A DNA stretch of 64,000 bases, taken from contig CAZBQI010000002.1 of the NCBI GenBank assembly GCA_964494105.1, positions 18,936 to 82,935 of the forward strand, given 5' to 3'. A program made the position numbers and the translations under genes. The notes below the pieces were generated by a model. That model had not been told where the DNA came from and ran no database searches. It saw nothing but the letters and a program-made list of their open reading frames with translations. Shown one piece after another: positions 9,833 through 20,170 of this stretch. This stretch comes from an uncultured Candidatus Saccharibacteria bacterium. GTDB lineage: Bacteria > Patescibacteriota > Saccharimonadia > CAZBQI01. Position 1 is the stretch's first letter; each line of letters starts with the position of its first letter.

Positions 9833-10697
9833 TTTGTTCTACATGCTTAATGATCTTACTTGCCACATCTTTGCCAGTAGCTTTCTCGATGCCTTCCAGG
9901 CTAGGGCTAGAATTTACTTCTATCACCAATGGACCACGCTTAGAACGCAGCATATCCACTCCGGCTATATCAAGACCTAATTTCTTTGCCGCCTTTAGTG
10001 CTACCCTCTTTTCGTCATCAGTTAGTACGGCCGATTCGCCCGTACCACCCTGATGTATATTGGCTCTAAAGTCATCATCCAGTCCTTGGCGTTTCATGGC
10101 TGCGATTACACGACCACCAACTACAAATGCTCGAATATCAGCACCACCGGCTTCTTCTATGAATTCTTGAATTAAAATCGGCGCCCCTATGCTAAAGAAC
10201 GCTTGGATCACTGATTTTGCGGCTTTTTTAGTTTCGGCAATAACAACACCCTGGCCATGAGTACTTTTTACCAGTTTTACAATTAGCGGTGCACCACCAA
10301 CTTGCTCTATAAGATCCTCTACATCGCGAGGCTCACTGGCAAACGCGCTTTTCGGTATATCGATATCATCGCGTGCCAATAGTTGCAAGCTTCGGAGCTT
10401 ATCTCGAGAACGTACAATGGCAATCGATTTTGCAGTGGTATATGTATGTCCCATCTCAAACTGACGAACCAATGCACTTCCATAGCTAGTATAGCTGGCA
10501 GCAATTCGCGGAATAATCGCATCGACACCAGATACAACTTGGCCATTATAATGAACTTGTGGTTTGTTTTGCTCGATTTCCATGTAGCACTGCGAATAGT
10601 CCAATACGAGAGCATCATGGCCGGCCTCCTTGGCTGCGTCCCTTAACCGCTGAGTGGAATAGTTGTTTTTTCCTTTTGATAAGATAGCTATTCTCAT
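9792..10697 (-). CDS. rimK: RimK family ATP-grasp ligase (alpha-L-glutamate ligase)
   Basis: YSTQRL, IIPRI, SRDKLRSLQLL, ADIRAFVVGG, FRANIHQGG, EVNSSPSLEGIE. Confidence 0.95.
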   Translation of the reverse strand: MRIAILSKGKNNYSTQRLRDAAKEAGHDALVLDYSQCYMEIEQNKPQVHYNGQVVSGVDAIIPRIAASYTSYGSALVRQFEMGHTYTTAKSIAIVRSRDKLRSLQLLARDDIDIPKSAFASEPRDVEDLIEQVGGAPLIVKLVKSTHGQGVVIAETKKAAKSVIQAFFSIGAPILIQEFIEEAGGADIRAFVVGGRVIAAMKRQGLDDDFRANIHQGGTGESAVLTDDEKRVALKAAKKLGLDIAGVDMLRSKRGPLVIEVNSSPSLEGIEKATGKDVASKIIKHVEQNASRKQKQDRIGA

Positions 10698-11134
10698 GTT
10701 TCGTTCTCCCTTCTTGGTTGATGATCCAAATCGATAATAAAATGTTTGCGCAGAAAGTGCCTTCCTAGTAACACCGGATTACGCATTTTCGAGCGATCTG
10801 CCAGAGAAATATGTACCGAATGAATCTCTCCTAGTAATTTTACCTTAGTTTTAATCACAAAGCGCCATTGCAAATGTCCGCTTGAGCTACGAACCTGTAT
10901 GCGTTCAAATTTGCGTTTTATAATCTTTTTACCTTTATAGCCGGCAAATCTTGGTGCCAGCGGTACAAAGTGCAGTTCAAGCAATTCGCCACGCTCAACC
11001 AGCTCTATCGAGTCACAATGAATAGAACAGTGATATGCGCCGGTATCAACTTTTGCCGGAATATTTGCAAGATCAAACTCAAGCAGGTCTATTGGTGCCG
11101 AGCGACCGATAGTTTTTTTCACTTGACTGGACAT
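10694..11134 (-). CDS. RimK-associated retropepsin-like protease (RimB/'ATP-dependent Zn protease' family)
   Basis: AKVDTGAYHCSIH, LADRSKMRNPVLLGR. Confidence 0.88.
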   Translation of the reverse strand: MSSQVKKTIGRSAPIDLLEFDLANIPAKVDTGAYHCSIHCDSIELVERGELLELHFVPLAPRFAGYKGKKIIKRKFERIQVRSSSGHLQWRFVIKTKVKLLGEIHSVHISLADRSKMRNPVLLGRHFLRKHFIIDLDHQPRRENET

Positions 11135-12054
11135 TATTGTGTTTGCTCCTTTAGTTTATTAACTATTAATTTATGTAGAGCGTCAGTCTTCTCGTCAGTG
11201 CCCACCTTGCTCACAATATCGGGGGCAGCATTCACTTCTAGAATATAGTGTTTACCACTATTTTTATCAATTATTACATCTACACCACTAAACTCGCGCC
11301 GGTGTAGTTTGCCCGCTCTTATTACATCGTTTCTTATTTGTGCCGAAAAATCTTTAGCATCAACAATTTTTCCCTCGGCACCTGCAGAAGTATTGTTAAG
11401 GTGCGTTGAATCATCAAGCCGCGTGCGCTTAATTACCAAAGCGATTTCGCTACCGGCAACCAGAAAACGATAATCACAATCGTTAGCGATATATCCCTGT
11501 AGAACGAAGTCTATTTCTGGTCTGGAATTTACAATTTCTGAAGCGCGCTTAGCATTGTTAGCAAGAAAGTTATTGCTACCACGAGTTCCGTTTATGTCTT
11601 TAACTACCATGGGGAAGCCAAAATTCTTATCGCTATTGATAAATTTGATCATGTGTTTTGGTGTGGAATAATAAGTATTAGGAACGGGGATGCCAGCTAC
11701 TGCTAGCTTCACTAAGTCAGTCAGTTTTGTCATTGAGCGCTTGGAGTGTACTTCACTATCAAAAAACTTATTGCCCTTGTACTTTAAATAAAGTGCAGCT
11801 GCTGTAGCACGCTCATACTGCCGTTGCCACAGTCGAAAGAACACCAAATCGTAATCTGAAATGTCGCGTTTATTGAGGGGATCGTAAATTGTGAGTATAT
11901 TATTTCTGATTAAGAATTCAAGTTCCTTGATAGCGCCCTTATAGGCACGATACCCGTGCGTAGAAGATTTTTTACCTACCTGCTCCATTAAATCGTCGTA
12001 GTTGGGGCGCAGACGGTTTTTGGCATAACTGAATAAAAATAAGACGTCTTTCAT
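11134..12054 (-). CDS. Second, divergent RimK-like ATP-grasp ligase
   Basis: PMVVKD..GTRG, LQGYI..DCDYR, HLNNTSAG, GVDVI, ILEVNAAP. Confidence 0.85.
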   Translation of the reverse strand: MKDVLFLFSYAKNRLRPNYDDLMEQVGKKSSTHGYRAYKGAIKELEFLIRNNILTIYDPLNKRDISDYDLVFFRLWQRQYERATAAALYLKYKGNKFFDSEVHSKRSMTKLTDLVKLAVAGIPVPNTYYSTPKHMIKFINSDKNFGFPMVVKDINGTRGSNNFLANNAKRASEIVNSRPEIDFVLQGYIANDCDYRFLVAGSEIALVIKRTRLDDSTHLNNTSAGAEGKIVDAKDFSAQIRNDVIRAGKLHRREFSGVDVIIDKNSGKHYILEVNAAPDIVSKVGTDEKTDALHKLIVNKLKEQTQ

Positions 12055-12135
12055 AGCTCTCCTTGCCGTACATAGTAACAGACAGCTAAGTAATTAAGTT
12101 TACAATACCATATTATTTAACTTATGTCTACTTAG

Positions 12136-13230
12136 CTAGCGAGCCCAAAAGCTTTTTTTAGTATTCTTTGAAAACTCTTCTAGTAACTCTTTTTGTTTCT
12201 GAGTTAGTTTCTTGGGTATTTTCACTTCTGCTGTAACCAAGTGATCGCCTCGACGACCACCGTGCTGGACTCCATGCCCCGTGAGCTTAAAGACTTGTCC
12301 GCTTTGAGTACCGGCGGGAATCTTCATCTTAATGGGCCCGTCGACGGTATCAACCTCAACTTCAGTTCCAAGAACTGCCTCAACCATCTCTACATCAAGA
12401 TTCGAACATATATTAAAGCCATCGCGGGTAAATTTTGATGATCCACGTACATGCAAATGTATATACAAATCGCCGGTTGCACCTTTGCGAGTCTGTTCGC
12501 CTTCGCCACGCAATCGAATAGTATTGCCGTCACTCACACCAGCTGGAACTTGGACATTGATTTCACGGCGGTTTTTTTCGATACCACTACCACCACACTG
12601 ACTGCAAGGCGTCTCCGGCACGACCCCTTCTCCGCCACAGGTTGTGCATATAGCTGTTTGCTGTATGTTGCCAAGTACTGTTCGCTGAGTTTTTGTGACC
12701 GTCCCTCTTCCGTTACAAGTATCACATGCCTTCAATTCACTATCAGGCTCTTTGCGTAAACCCTGGCAACGACTACACGCTTGCTGTAGTTCTAAACTAA
12801 TTTTCTTTTCGGTCCCAAAAACCGCCTCTTCAAAGCTTAGATTAATGCTGGTTTCTACGTCACGTGGCCTAGTTGCCTGGGCTGTCCTGGAGCCAGCTGC
12901 TCCACCAAAGAAACTACCAAATACATCGCCGAGATCACCAAGGTCAAACTCCATACCACCGGCATTAAAGCCACCGAATCCTTCGTAGCCAGCACCAGAA
13001 CTACTACCTGCTGCTCCACCAAAAGGATTGTGACCAAATTGATCGTACTGCTGTTTCTTGGCGGGATCCTTTAAGGTTTCATATGCTTCGTTAGCTTCTT
13101 TAAATTTCTCGCTGTCTCCACCTTTGTCGGGGTGGTGCTCGAGGGCGAGTTTGCGATAGGCTTTTTTGATATCATCGGCTGAAGCAGATTTATCAACACC
13201 AAGTATTTCGTAGTAGTCTCGCTTAGACAT
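12136..13230 (-). CDS. dnaJ: Chaperone DnaJ
   Basis: HPD J-domain, G/F region, four CxxCxG repeats. Confidence 0.97.
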   Translation of the reverse strand: MSKRDYYEILGVDKSASADDIKKAYRKLALEHHPDKGGDSEKFKEANEAYETLKDPAKKQQYDQFGHNPFGGAAGSSSGAGYEGFGGFNAGGMEFDLGDLGDVFGSFFGGAAGSRTAQATRPRDVETSINLSFEEAVFGTEKKISLELQQACSRCQGLRKEPDSELKACDTCNGRGTVTKTQRTVLGNIQQTAICTTCGGEGVVPETPCSQCGGSGIEKNRREINVQVPAGVSDGNTIRLRGEGEQTRKGATGDLYIHLHVRGSSKFTRDGFNICSNLDVEMVEAVLGTEVEVDTVDGPIKMKIPAGTQSGQVFKLTGHGVQHGGRRGDHLVTAEVKIPKKLTQKQKELLEEFSKNTKKSFWAR

Positions 13231-13233
13231 CGC

Positions 13234-13839
13234 TTAAACCACCAATGTCTTAAAGTAATCAATAAAGCGCAAAACAATAAGTGCCATGACTAATACATAC
13301 CAACCAATTAGAAAATCCAGGTGATGTTTTTGAACAAATTCGAATAGCTTATTACCTTGTTTTACGTGCAAGTTCTTATGGCGATAATTGTACAAACTGG
13401 TATGTAAAAACAATGCAGACACCACTATCCATGCCAATATACAGTACAAACAAAGTGAACCTAAAACATACAGGCTCTGGCCAATTAGCCACAGCACAAA
13501 CACCATTCCCAGCGTTGTTCCTAGCTGCAAACCTAGCCAGAACCAGCGTTTAAATGTTGCTCCGGCTAGAATGGCTACACCAATTGTAATAAGCACACTA
13601 AAAGCAGCAATACCTATAAGTGGGTTAGGAAAGCCAAAAGCACTGGCTTGATCTGAATTTATAATGGGACCACAACTTAAGATCGGATTGAGGCTACAGC
13701 TTAGCTGATGAGCAGGATCTTTGAGTAAGGCTATTTTCTCGAGCGTAAGCGTGAAGCTGGCAAATAAGCCAAGCGCTCCACCGACAATTAATGTCCACGG
13801 TAATACTTTATCTAGTTTGCTTATCTTGTTTATTATCAT
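13234..13839 (-). CDS. Vitamin K epoxide reductase (VKOR) family protein
   Basis: CSLNPILSC, SDQASAFGFPN, CLYC. Confidence 0.92.
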   Translation of the reverse strand: MIINKISKLDKVLPWTLIVGGALGLFASFTLTLEKIALLKDPAHQLSCSLNPILSCGPIINSDQASAFGFPNPLIGIAAFSVLITIGVAILAGATFKRWFWLGLQLGTTLGMVFVLWLIGQSLYVLGSLCLYCILAWIVVSALFLHTSLYNYRHKNLHVKQGNKLFEFVQKHHLDFLIGWYVLVMALIVLRFIDYFKTLVV

Positions 13840-13848
13840 ATTAATATT

Positions 13849-14160
13849 CTAGACTAAATATAGCTTTTCGTTTAAGTTTGGATAGGGTGGCATCGCTCTA
13901 GCCAAAATCATATCTCTAAGCTGGCAATAAAAATTATCTGCCTCATCTGAACTTATTGTATCGTTGTGATTATTCTTAGATGAAACGATCGCGTTAAAGA
14001 ACCATTCACAACTGTACCTGTCATCCGACCGACCATAGCGGTATATGGTAGATGCTAGTTGGGCTAACATTTTTCTATCTGTCAAACTTGGCATCGAAGC
14101 ATTAACAGTATTCCGCCATGCCAAAAAAGCATTATAAATAACAGAGTTTGCTTGGCTCAT
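13849..14160 (-). CDS. Hypothetical protein
   Basis: ORF between dnaK and VKOR; start uncertain (ORF track begins 14199). Confidence 0.45.
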   Translation of the reverse strand: MSQANSVIYNAFLAWRNTVNASMPSLTDRKMLAQLASTIYRYGRSDDRYSCEWFFNAIVSSKNNHNDTISSDEADNFYCQLRDMILARAMPPYPNLNEKLYLV

Positions 14161-14164
14161 TTTT

Positions 14165-14443
14165 TCATTTTTCCTTTTCATTTTTAGAAGTCTGGTCATT
14201 GCTTTTTCTCCTTAGAAGCAAGCCACTTACAGTCCCGCCCGCCAGACCAGCGAGAATAGGTATTACTAACAGAGGAACTATTAACCAAACCCAGCTCAAA
14301 CCTATAAATGTTATAAAAACTGCAGTAAGAAGCGCACTCCAATTTAATAGTTTATTGAGGACATCCTTTCGGTTATCAAATATGGCCATTACGGCCAGTT
14401 GACCTAGCCATAGAAATGTAAAAAATACTAAGTTTGATACCAT
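14165..14443 (-). CDS. Small hypothetical membrane protein
   Basis: Three hydrophobic segments; starts 5 nt after the dnaK stop. Confidence 0.55.
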   Translation of the reverse strand: MVSNLVFFTFLWLGQLAVMAIFDNRKDVLNKLLNWSALLTAVFITFIGLSWVWLIVPLLVIPILAGLAGGTVSGLLLRRKSNDQTSKNEKEK

Positions 14444-14448
14444 ATTGA

Positions 14449-16371
14449 CTATTCTTTCTTATCTTCGTCCTTTTTATCATCCACGACTTCGCCTTCAACC
14501 GGCTCAGCTTTTTTATCGGCTCCTTCGACTTCAGTATCAGCTTTTGCGGCTTCAGCTTCAGCTTCTTTTTGGACATTCTCGTGCAACTTAGTGCCAACCG
14601 GTTGAACTTTTTCTAGCAGTTCCTTGGCAGCAGATTCGAGCTCTTCTTTGCTATCACTTTCAATTTTATCCTTGGCAGCTTTTACCGCCTCTTCAACGGT
14701 TTTCTTGTCTTCTTCCGAGATCTTCTTGTCGTTTTCTTTAAGCATTTTTTCTGAAGTGTAAATAGCACTGTCAAGCGCATTCCGACTTTCTACCAGTTCA
14801 CGCTTTTTGCGATCTTCATCAGCGTGTGCTTCGGCTTCTTTTTGCATCTTTTCAACTTCTTCTTTATCTAAGTTTCCGCTGTTCTGAATAGTTATAGATT
14901 GCTCCTTGCCACTAGCTTTGTCTTTGGCGCTAACGTTCAGTATTCCATTAGCATCTAGGTTGAAAGTAACTTCTACCTGTGGAATACCACGTGGAGCCGG
15001 AGGAATACCATCTAGTATAAAGCGACCTAAGCTTTTGTTATCGACAGCCATTTCGCGCTCACCTTGCAAGACATTAATTTCAACACTAGGCTGGTTGTCG
15101 CTAGCTGTAGAAAAGATTTGATTCTTGCTAGTTGGAACGGTGGTGTTTTTGTCTACTAACTTCGTAGCAATTCCACCCTCAGTTTCAAGCCCTAGACTCA
15201 GTGGCGTCACGTCTAGCAACAAAACATCTTTTACGTCACCGGCCAGTACTCCACCCTGAATAGCAGCACCCACGGCCACTACTTCGTCTGGGTTGACTCC
15301 CTTCATCGGCTCTTTGCCAAAAATCTCTTTTACCTTGGCTTGAACAGCTGGCATGCGGGTCATGCCACCGACTAAAATAACTTCGTTTATGTCTTTGGTT
15401 TCAAGCTTGGCGTCTTTAAGAGCTTCTCGGCATGGACGTTCGGTTTTTGCGATTATTTCACCTACCAAGTCTTCGAGCTTGGCGCGTGTCAATTTGTACT
15501 CGAAGTGCTTTGGCCCTTCGGCGTCAGCAGTAATAAACGGTAAGTTAATATCTGTTTCAGTAGTAGTAGAGAGCTCAACCTTGGCTTTCTCGGCAGCTTC
15601 TTTTAGGCGTTGCAAGGCAGCTTTATCTTTGGTTAAGTCAATGCCTTGTTCTTTTTTAAATTCTTCTACTAGATGATTCACAATCACCATGTCAAAATCT
15701 TCCCCGCCAAGGTGAGTGTCGCCATTGGTACTTTTTACTTCAAACACACCATCGCCAAGTTCTAGAATGGAAACATCAAATGTACCGCCACCAAGGTCAA
15801 AAACCGCAATCTTTTCCTCTTTCTTTTTGTCTAATCCATAGGCGAGGGCAGCAGCAGTTGGCTCGTTGATAATTCGTTTTACTTCTAAGCCAGCAATTTT
15901 GCCAGCGTCTTTAGTAGCCTGGCGCTGAGAATCATCAAAGTAGGCAGGTACGGTAATGACTGCTTCGGTAATCTTCTCGTTCAAATACTTTTCAGCATCG
16001 GCTTTGAGCTTGGAAAGAATCATGGCGCTAATTTCCTCTGGACTATGCTCTTTATCAGCCATTGCTACTTTTACACCAGTTCCAGCTTCGACAATTTTAT
16101 ATGGCATCAGGTCGATATCTCGCTGAACTTCTTTATCCTTAAACTTACGACCAATCAAGCGCTTAACACCAAAGATTGTGTTGACGCCATTAACAACGGC
16201 TTGACGCTTGGCAACCTGACCAACCAGTCTTTCGCCGTTTTTATTAACAGCAACCACGCTAGGTGTAGTACGCCCACCTTCTTCATTTGTAATTATTGTG
16301 CCTTGCCCACCTTCCATTACAGCCATTGCTGAGTTGGTTGTTCCAAGATCGATTCCTAAGATTTTACCCAT
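14449..16371 (-). CDS. dnaK: Chaperone DnaK
   Basis: [25 protein letters not shown]. Confidence 0.99.
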   Translation of the reverse strand: MGKILGIDLGTTNSAMAVMEGGQGTIITNEEGGRTTPSVVAVNKNGERLVGQVAKRQAVVNGVNTIFGVKRLIGRKFKDKEVQRDIDLMPYKIVEAGTGVKVAMADKEHSPEEISAMILSKLKADAEKYLNEKITEAVITVPAYFDDSQRQATKDAGKIAGLEVKRIINEPTAAALAYGLDKKKEEKIAVFDLGGGTFDVSILELGDGVFEVKSTNGDTHLGGEDFDMVIVNHLVEEFKKEQGIDLTKDKAALQRLKEAAEKAKVELSTTTETDINLPFITADAEGPKHFEYKLTRAKLEDLVGEIIAKTERPCREALKDAKLETKDINEVILVGGMTRMPAVQAKVKEIFGKEPMKGVNPDEVVAVGAAIQGGVLAGDVKDVLLLDVTPLSLGLETEGGIATKLVDKNTTVPTSKNQIFSTASDNQPSVEINVLQGEREMAVDNKSLGRFILDGIPPAPRGIPQVEVTFNLDANGILNVSAKDKASGKEQSITIQNSGNLDKEEVEKMQKEAEAHADEDRKKRELVESRNALDSAIYTSEKMLKENDKKISEEDKKTVEEAVKAAKDKIESDSKEELESAAKELLEKVQPVGTKLHENVQKEAEAEAAKADTEVEGADKKAEPVEGEVVDDKKDEDKKE

Positions 16372-16373
16372 TG

Positions 16374-16865
16374 TTATTTCTCCTTCTTTACTTTAACTAT
16401 TGAATGTCTTATTACTCTATTTCCTAGTTTGTAGCCTGCTTGTAACTCTTCGGCTACAATTTCTTCGCCCGCTGACGAATCGCCTTCACCATCTTCGTAG
16501 CCAACTGCCTCATGTAGCTCTGGGTCAAACGACTCGCCAACAGCATTAATCTTACTTAAACCAAGCTCTGCCAAGATGCCATCTACCTGCTTAGCAACTT
16601 GTTCTACTCCATTGGCCCAATCGTTATCTTTCAAATCCTCTGGGCGGTGATGTAAGGCACGTTCGATATTATCGATAAGTGGCAAGATATGCAGAATTAC
16701 CGTTTCTTTGGCCATTTCCATAATGCCAGATTTTTCTTCGTCACTGCGACGCTTAAAATTCACAAAATCGGCATGGACCCGCTGTAAATCGGCAGTAAGT
16801 TCGCCAACTTGGTTTTCTAGTCTATCTAGCTTCTTTTCGGTTTTTGCTGGTTTGTCTTTAGGCAT
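16374..16865 (-). CDS. grpE: Nucleotide exchange factor GrpE
   Basis: [34 protein letters not shown]. Confidence 0.96.
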   Translation of the reverse strand: MPKDKPAKTEKKLDRLENQVGELTADLQRVHADFVNFKRRSDEEKSGIMEMAKETVILHILPLIDNIERALHHRPEDLKDNDWANGVEQVAKQVDGILAELGLSKINAVGESFDPELHEAVGYEDGEGDSSAGEEIVAEELQAGYKLGNRVIRHSIVKVKKEK

Positions 16866-17577
16866 TTAGAACCTCCTCTAATCTACTACCTACGTGCTCA
16901 ACTAAGTTCATTACTTTCGGGTAGCTTTGGCGGGTTGGGCCAACTACGCCGACATAGCTGTAGTCACTATACGGTGAGGCAAAGCGGGAAATTATTAACG
17001 CACAACCACTAGCCTTACCCATTGGGTTTTCGTTACCAATGTAAACATTGACGCGTCCACTTGGGCTTATTTCGCGCAACCACGGCTCTAGGTTATCGAG
17101 TAAACTCGCTACTTCTTGAATTCGGCGCTGATTCTCGAATTCAGGCTGGGCGAATAAATGTGCCAGCCCACTCATATATAAGCTGTTGCCAATTGTGCCT
17201 ACCGCCAAATTATTGGTAACTTCTACCAGGGTATCTACCGCTGATTTGACAGCTTGTGCCGGTTCGCCCGCGGCGTCAATTCGACTATCTATAGCTCTTG
17301 ATTGGCGTGAAGCTTTTACCGCCTGTAATTTGGCACGCGTTTCTTGCTTGATGTGATCGACATACCAGCGATAACCTTTATCTGTAGGAATTCTCCCGGC
17401 ACTAGTGTGCGGCTGCCCAATAAAACCAAAATGCTCAAGCGTAGCCATCTCGGCTCGAATTGTTGCCGGCGAATAATCAAATTCTTGACTCAAGCCAAGC
17501 GAACCAACCGGATTGGCCGTCTGCACATAGCTATCAACTATAGCGTGTAGTATTTCTGCTTGGCGTGGAGACATCAT
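16858..17577 (-). CDS. hrcA: Heat-inducible repressor HrcA (short form)
   Basis: PVGS, SPATIR.EM, PHTSAGRIPTDKGYR, VVGPTR. Confidence 0.95.
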   Translation of the reverse strand: MMSPRQAEILHAIVDSYVQTANPVGSLGLSQEFDYSPATIRAEMATLEHFGFIGQPHTSAGRIPTDKGYRWYVDHIKQETRAKLQAVKASRQSRAIDSRIDAAGEPAQAVKSAVDTLVEVTNNLAVGTIGNSLYMSGLAHLFAQPEFENQRRIQEVASLLDNLEPWLREISPSGRVNVYIGNENPMGKASGCALIISRFASPYSDYSYVGVVGPTRQSYPKVMNLVEHVGSRLEEVLNA

Positions 17578-17590
17578 ACCTCTTTAAGCG

Positions 17591-17617
17591 CTGGCACTCT
17601 TAGCTATTTATTGCCAA
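17591..17617. promoter_or_regulatory. Degenerate second CIRCE
   Basis: CTGGCACTC-N9-TATTGCCAA. Confidence 0.6.
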
Positions 17618-17639
17618 CGTATGAGCTTATGATAAATAA

Positions 17640-17666
17640 TTAGCACTCTCGTGTCAAGAGTGCTAA
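17640..17666. promoter_or_regulatory. CIRCE operator (HrcA site)
   Basis: Perfect TTAGCACTC-N9-GAGTGCTAA upstream of hrcA. Confidence 0.96.
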
Positions 17667-17708
17667 CATTACATCTCCCTCTGTTATCTGTTAAAATATT
17701 AAAAATCT

Positions 17709-18629
17709 ATGAGCACACCAAGTTTAGAAGTAAAAAAGCTAGCTAAAGAATACTCCAAATATCGAGCCGTCGATGGCATTAGCTTTCAAGTACAACCCGG
17801 CGAAGTGCTAGGGCTTTTGGGTCCAAACGGAGCCGGCAAAAGTACCACGATCCAGATGCTCTTGGGTATCACCACGCCTACTTCAGGTGTGATTAGCTAT
17901 TTTGGATACGACATGAGAACCAATCGTCAGGCTTGCCTACAACGAATTAATTACGTATCAGCGTACAATACACTGCAATACCGCATTACTGTGTGGGAAA
18001 ACCTAAGTGTATTTGCCGGGCTTTATTCTGTTATCAAGCCAAAAGATAAAATAAATGATTTGCTCAAGACTTTTAATATTGAGCACTTAAGAGATCAGAA
18101 ATACATTAACCTTTCTTCGGGTGAGCGAACAAGGGTAAACCTAGCCAAAGCCCTAATAAACGATCCGGAGATAATTCTAATGGATGAACCAACAGCTTCT
18201 CTTGATCCTGACATAGCCGACAAAACCCTGAGTATTATCGAAGACCTGCGCACCAATCGAAACACTTCGATTCTTTTTACGAGCCACAATATGGACGAAG
18301 TAACTCGCATTTGCGACAAAGTGATTATTTTGGACCACGGCAAGATCGTCAAGCAAGATGATCCACTCACCCTAACCAAAGAACTGGGTACTGCAAATTT
18401 GCATTTAGTTTTTGAAGGCGACAAAGATAAACTAATTGGCTTTCTAAAATCAAAAAGTAAAAAGCCGACCTTTACTCACGACTATAGCGTTACTTTTCCG
18501 GTTCGCGAGCGTGAAGCAGCCGTATATATCCAGGCAATCTCGTCTCTCGGCATCAAAATTCTTGATTTGGATCTTAAAAAGCCGGATCTAGAAGACGTTT
18601 TTCTAAATATTGCCAGGAGGCAAAAATGA
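17709..18629 (+). CDS. ABC-2 type exporter ATP-binding protein
   Basis: GPNGAGKST, LSSGE, LMDEPT. Confidence 0.93.
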   Translation: MSTPSLEVKKLAKEYSKYRAVDGISFQVQPGEVLGLLGPNGAGKSTTIQMLLGITTPTSGVISYFGYDMRTNRQACLQRINYVSAYNTLQYRITVWENLSVFAGLYSVIKPKDKINDLLKTFNIEHLRDQKYINLSSGERTRVNLAKALINDPEIILMDEPTASLDPDIADKTLSIIEDLRTNRNTSILFTSHNMDEVTRICDKVIILDHGKIVKQDDPLTLTKELGTANLHLVFEGDKDKLIGFLKSKSKKPTFTHDYSVTFPVREREAAVYIQAISSLGIKILDLDLKKPDLEDVFLNIARRQK

Positions 18630-19414
18630 GTCCTCGACGCATGTGGTCTGTTTTCAAGCAAGAGGTTTTTATCTCGAAGCGGTCGCTTGAAGTAGTGATG
18701 GATCTGCTGTTTTATTCGCTCTTTTCCCTACTACTTTTTGGCTTTATATCGCTATTTTTAGCTGGTCAATCAGACGGTGCTGTTGCCAAAGTAGTAATCC
18801 TAGGATTACTACTTTGGGAGGTAATTCGACTAACCCAATACACGGTTAGCGTTGGCAGTATGTGGAATGTGTGGTCGCGCAACCTGACCAATATGTTTGT
18901 GGCACCAGTTTCAACGCCGGAATACATGGGTGCACAAATGATTTCGGCAGCCGTGAAGACAGCCTTTATCTTTACTTTTTTGAGCATAATTGCGAATTAC
19001 GCCTTTAACTTTAACATCCTGAGCATTGGCTTTCTTAATCTCACAATTATCTTTGTAAATATGATTGTGTTTGCTTGGGCTCTCGGCCTCGTTCTGCTTG
19101 GCTTTGTGTTCCGCTATGGTACGCGCATTCAAGCACTTGCCTGGGGTACTGTCTTTTTGTTTCAGCCACTTTGCGCGGCTTTTTTTCCGGTTTCGGTACT
19201 TCCCATTGGCATAAGGCAAATTGCATACAGCATACCGGCAACCTATTTTTTTGAGCTCGGACGATGGGGCCTTGCTTACCACACTACCAACTGGACACTT
19301 GTTGGCATTGGAGTAGTTTTGAATATCGTATTTTTTGCCATGGCGATTTTTGTTTTTGGTAAATTATTTGCAAAATCACGCGCAACGGGGCAATTCGCCC
19401 GTAACGACACCTAA
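18626..19414 (+). CDS. ABC-2 type permease
   Basis: Six TMs, FFPVSVLP motif, coupled to the ATPase gene. Confidence 0.88.
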   Translation: MSPRRMWSVFKQEVFISKRSLEVVMDLLFYSLFSLLLFGFISLFLAGQSDGAVAKVVILGLLLWEVIRLTQYTVSVGSMWNVWSRNLTNMFVAPVSTPEYMGAQMISAAVKTAFIFTFLSIIANYAFNFNILSIGFLNLTIIFVNMIVFAWALGLVLLGFVFRYGTRIQALAWGTVFLFQPLCAAFFPVSVLPIGIRQIAYSIPATYFFELGRWGLAYHTTNWTLVGIGVVLNIVFFAMAIFVFGKLFAKSRATGQFARNDT

Positions 19415-19432
19415 AACCTAATAGCCTTCCTC

Positions 19433-20152
19433 TTAATTTAGTCGGCTTAGTAGAGCTTTGGCCACTTCTATGCCCATTTTTTGGTGCTTTTCGCTGCGCT
19501 CGCCACCGCTTGCAATTTTATCAACTGCCTTAACGGCGCTCTCTAGGTCATCATTAATGACAAACTGGTAATAATCCTTTTTTAACGCTGTATCAATTTC
19601 CATGGCTGCACTTTGGTATCTATTAGTTAATTCATCTGCGTGCAATCGTCCACGATCGTTTAGTCTGCGTTCCCATTCTTCAAAACTTGGAGGTAGCACA
19701 AAAACTGGAGTGGTATTGGGCTTGAGCACCATATACTCTTCCACCCCTTGGACCTCAATGTCTGTAGTAGCGATTTTATTCTCAGCAGAGGCTTTCATAA
19801 TTTCTTTTACACTCGTACCCGAAAACTGCTGATTATGGATAAATTTGCACTCTACAAATTCACCGTTCTTCAGCATGCGCAGCAAGTTTTCGTTCGTAAT
19901 GAAAAAGTATTCAACCCCATTTTGTTCGGGCATACCATTATTGGCTCTCGGTGGGCGCGTAGTATGAGAAACAATAAAGTAATACTTGTTTGTCTTGAGT
20001 AGTTCTTGAATTATTCTTTGCTTGCCAGCACCCGTCATTCCAACTAGTAACAGCACTTGTGCCTTGGCTAAAATATCACGCGTTTCATCACTTGGATGAT
20101 ACTTATCCAGTACATCTTTAATTTCTGCAACTAATTGTTCGTCGTCCATCAT
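19433..20152 (-). CDS. gmk: Guanylate kinase
   Basis: GMTGAGK, SHTTRPPR, EQNGVEYFF, FVLPPSFEE. Confidence 0.88.
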   Translation of the reverse strand: MMDDEQLVAEIKDVLDKYHPSDETRDILAKAQVLLLVGMTGAGKQRIIQELLKTNKYYFIVSHTTRPPRANNGMPEQNGVEYFFITNENLLRMLKNGEFVECKFIHNQQFSGTSVKEIMKASAENKIATTDIEVQGVEEYMVLKPNTTPVFVLPPSFEEWERRLNDRGRLHADELTNRYQSAAMEIDTALKKDYYQFVINDDLESAVKAVDKIASGGERSEKHQKMGIEVAKALLSRLN

Positions 20153-20170
20153 CTGATTATGCCCTATATG

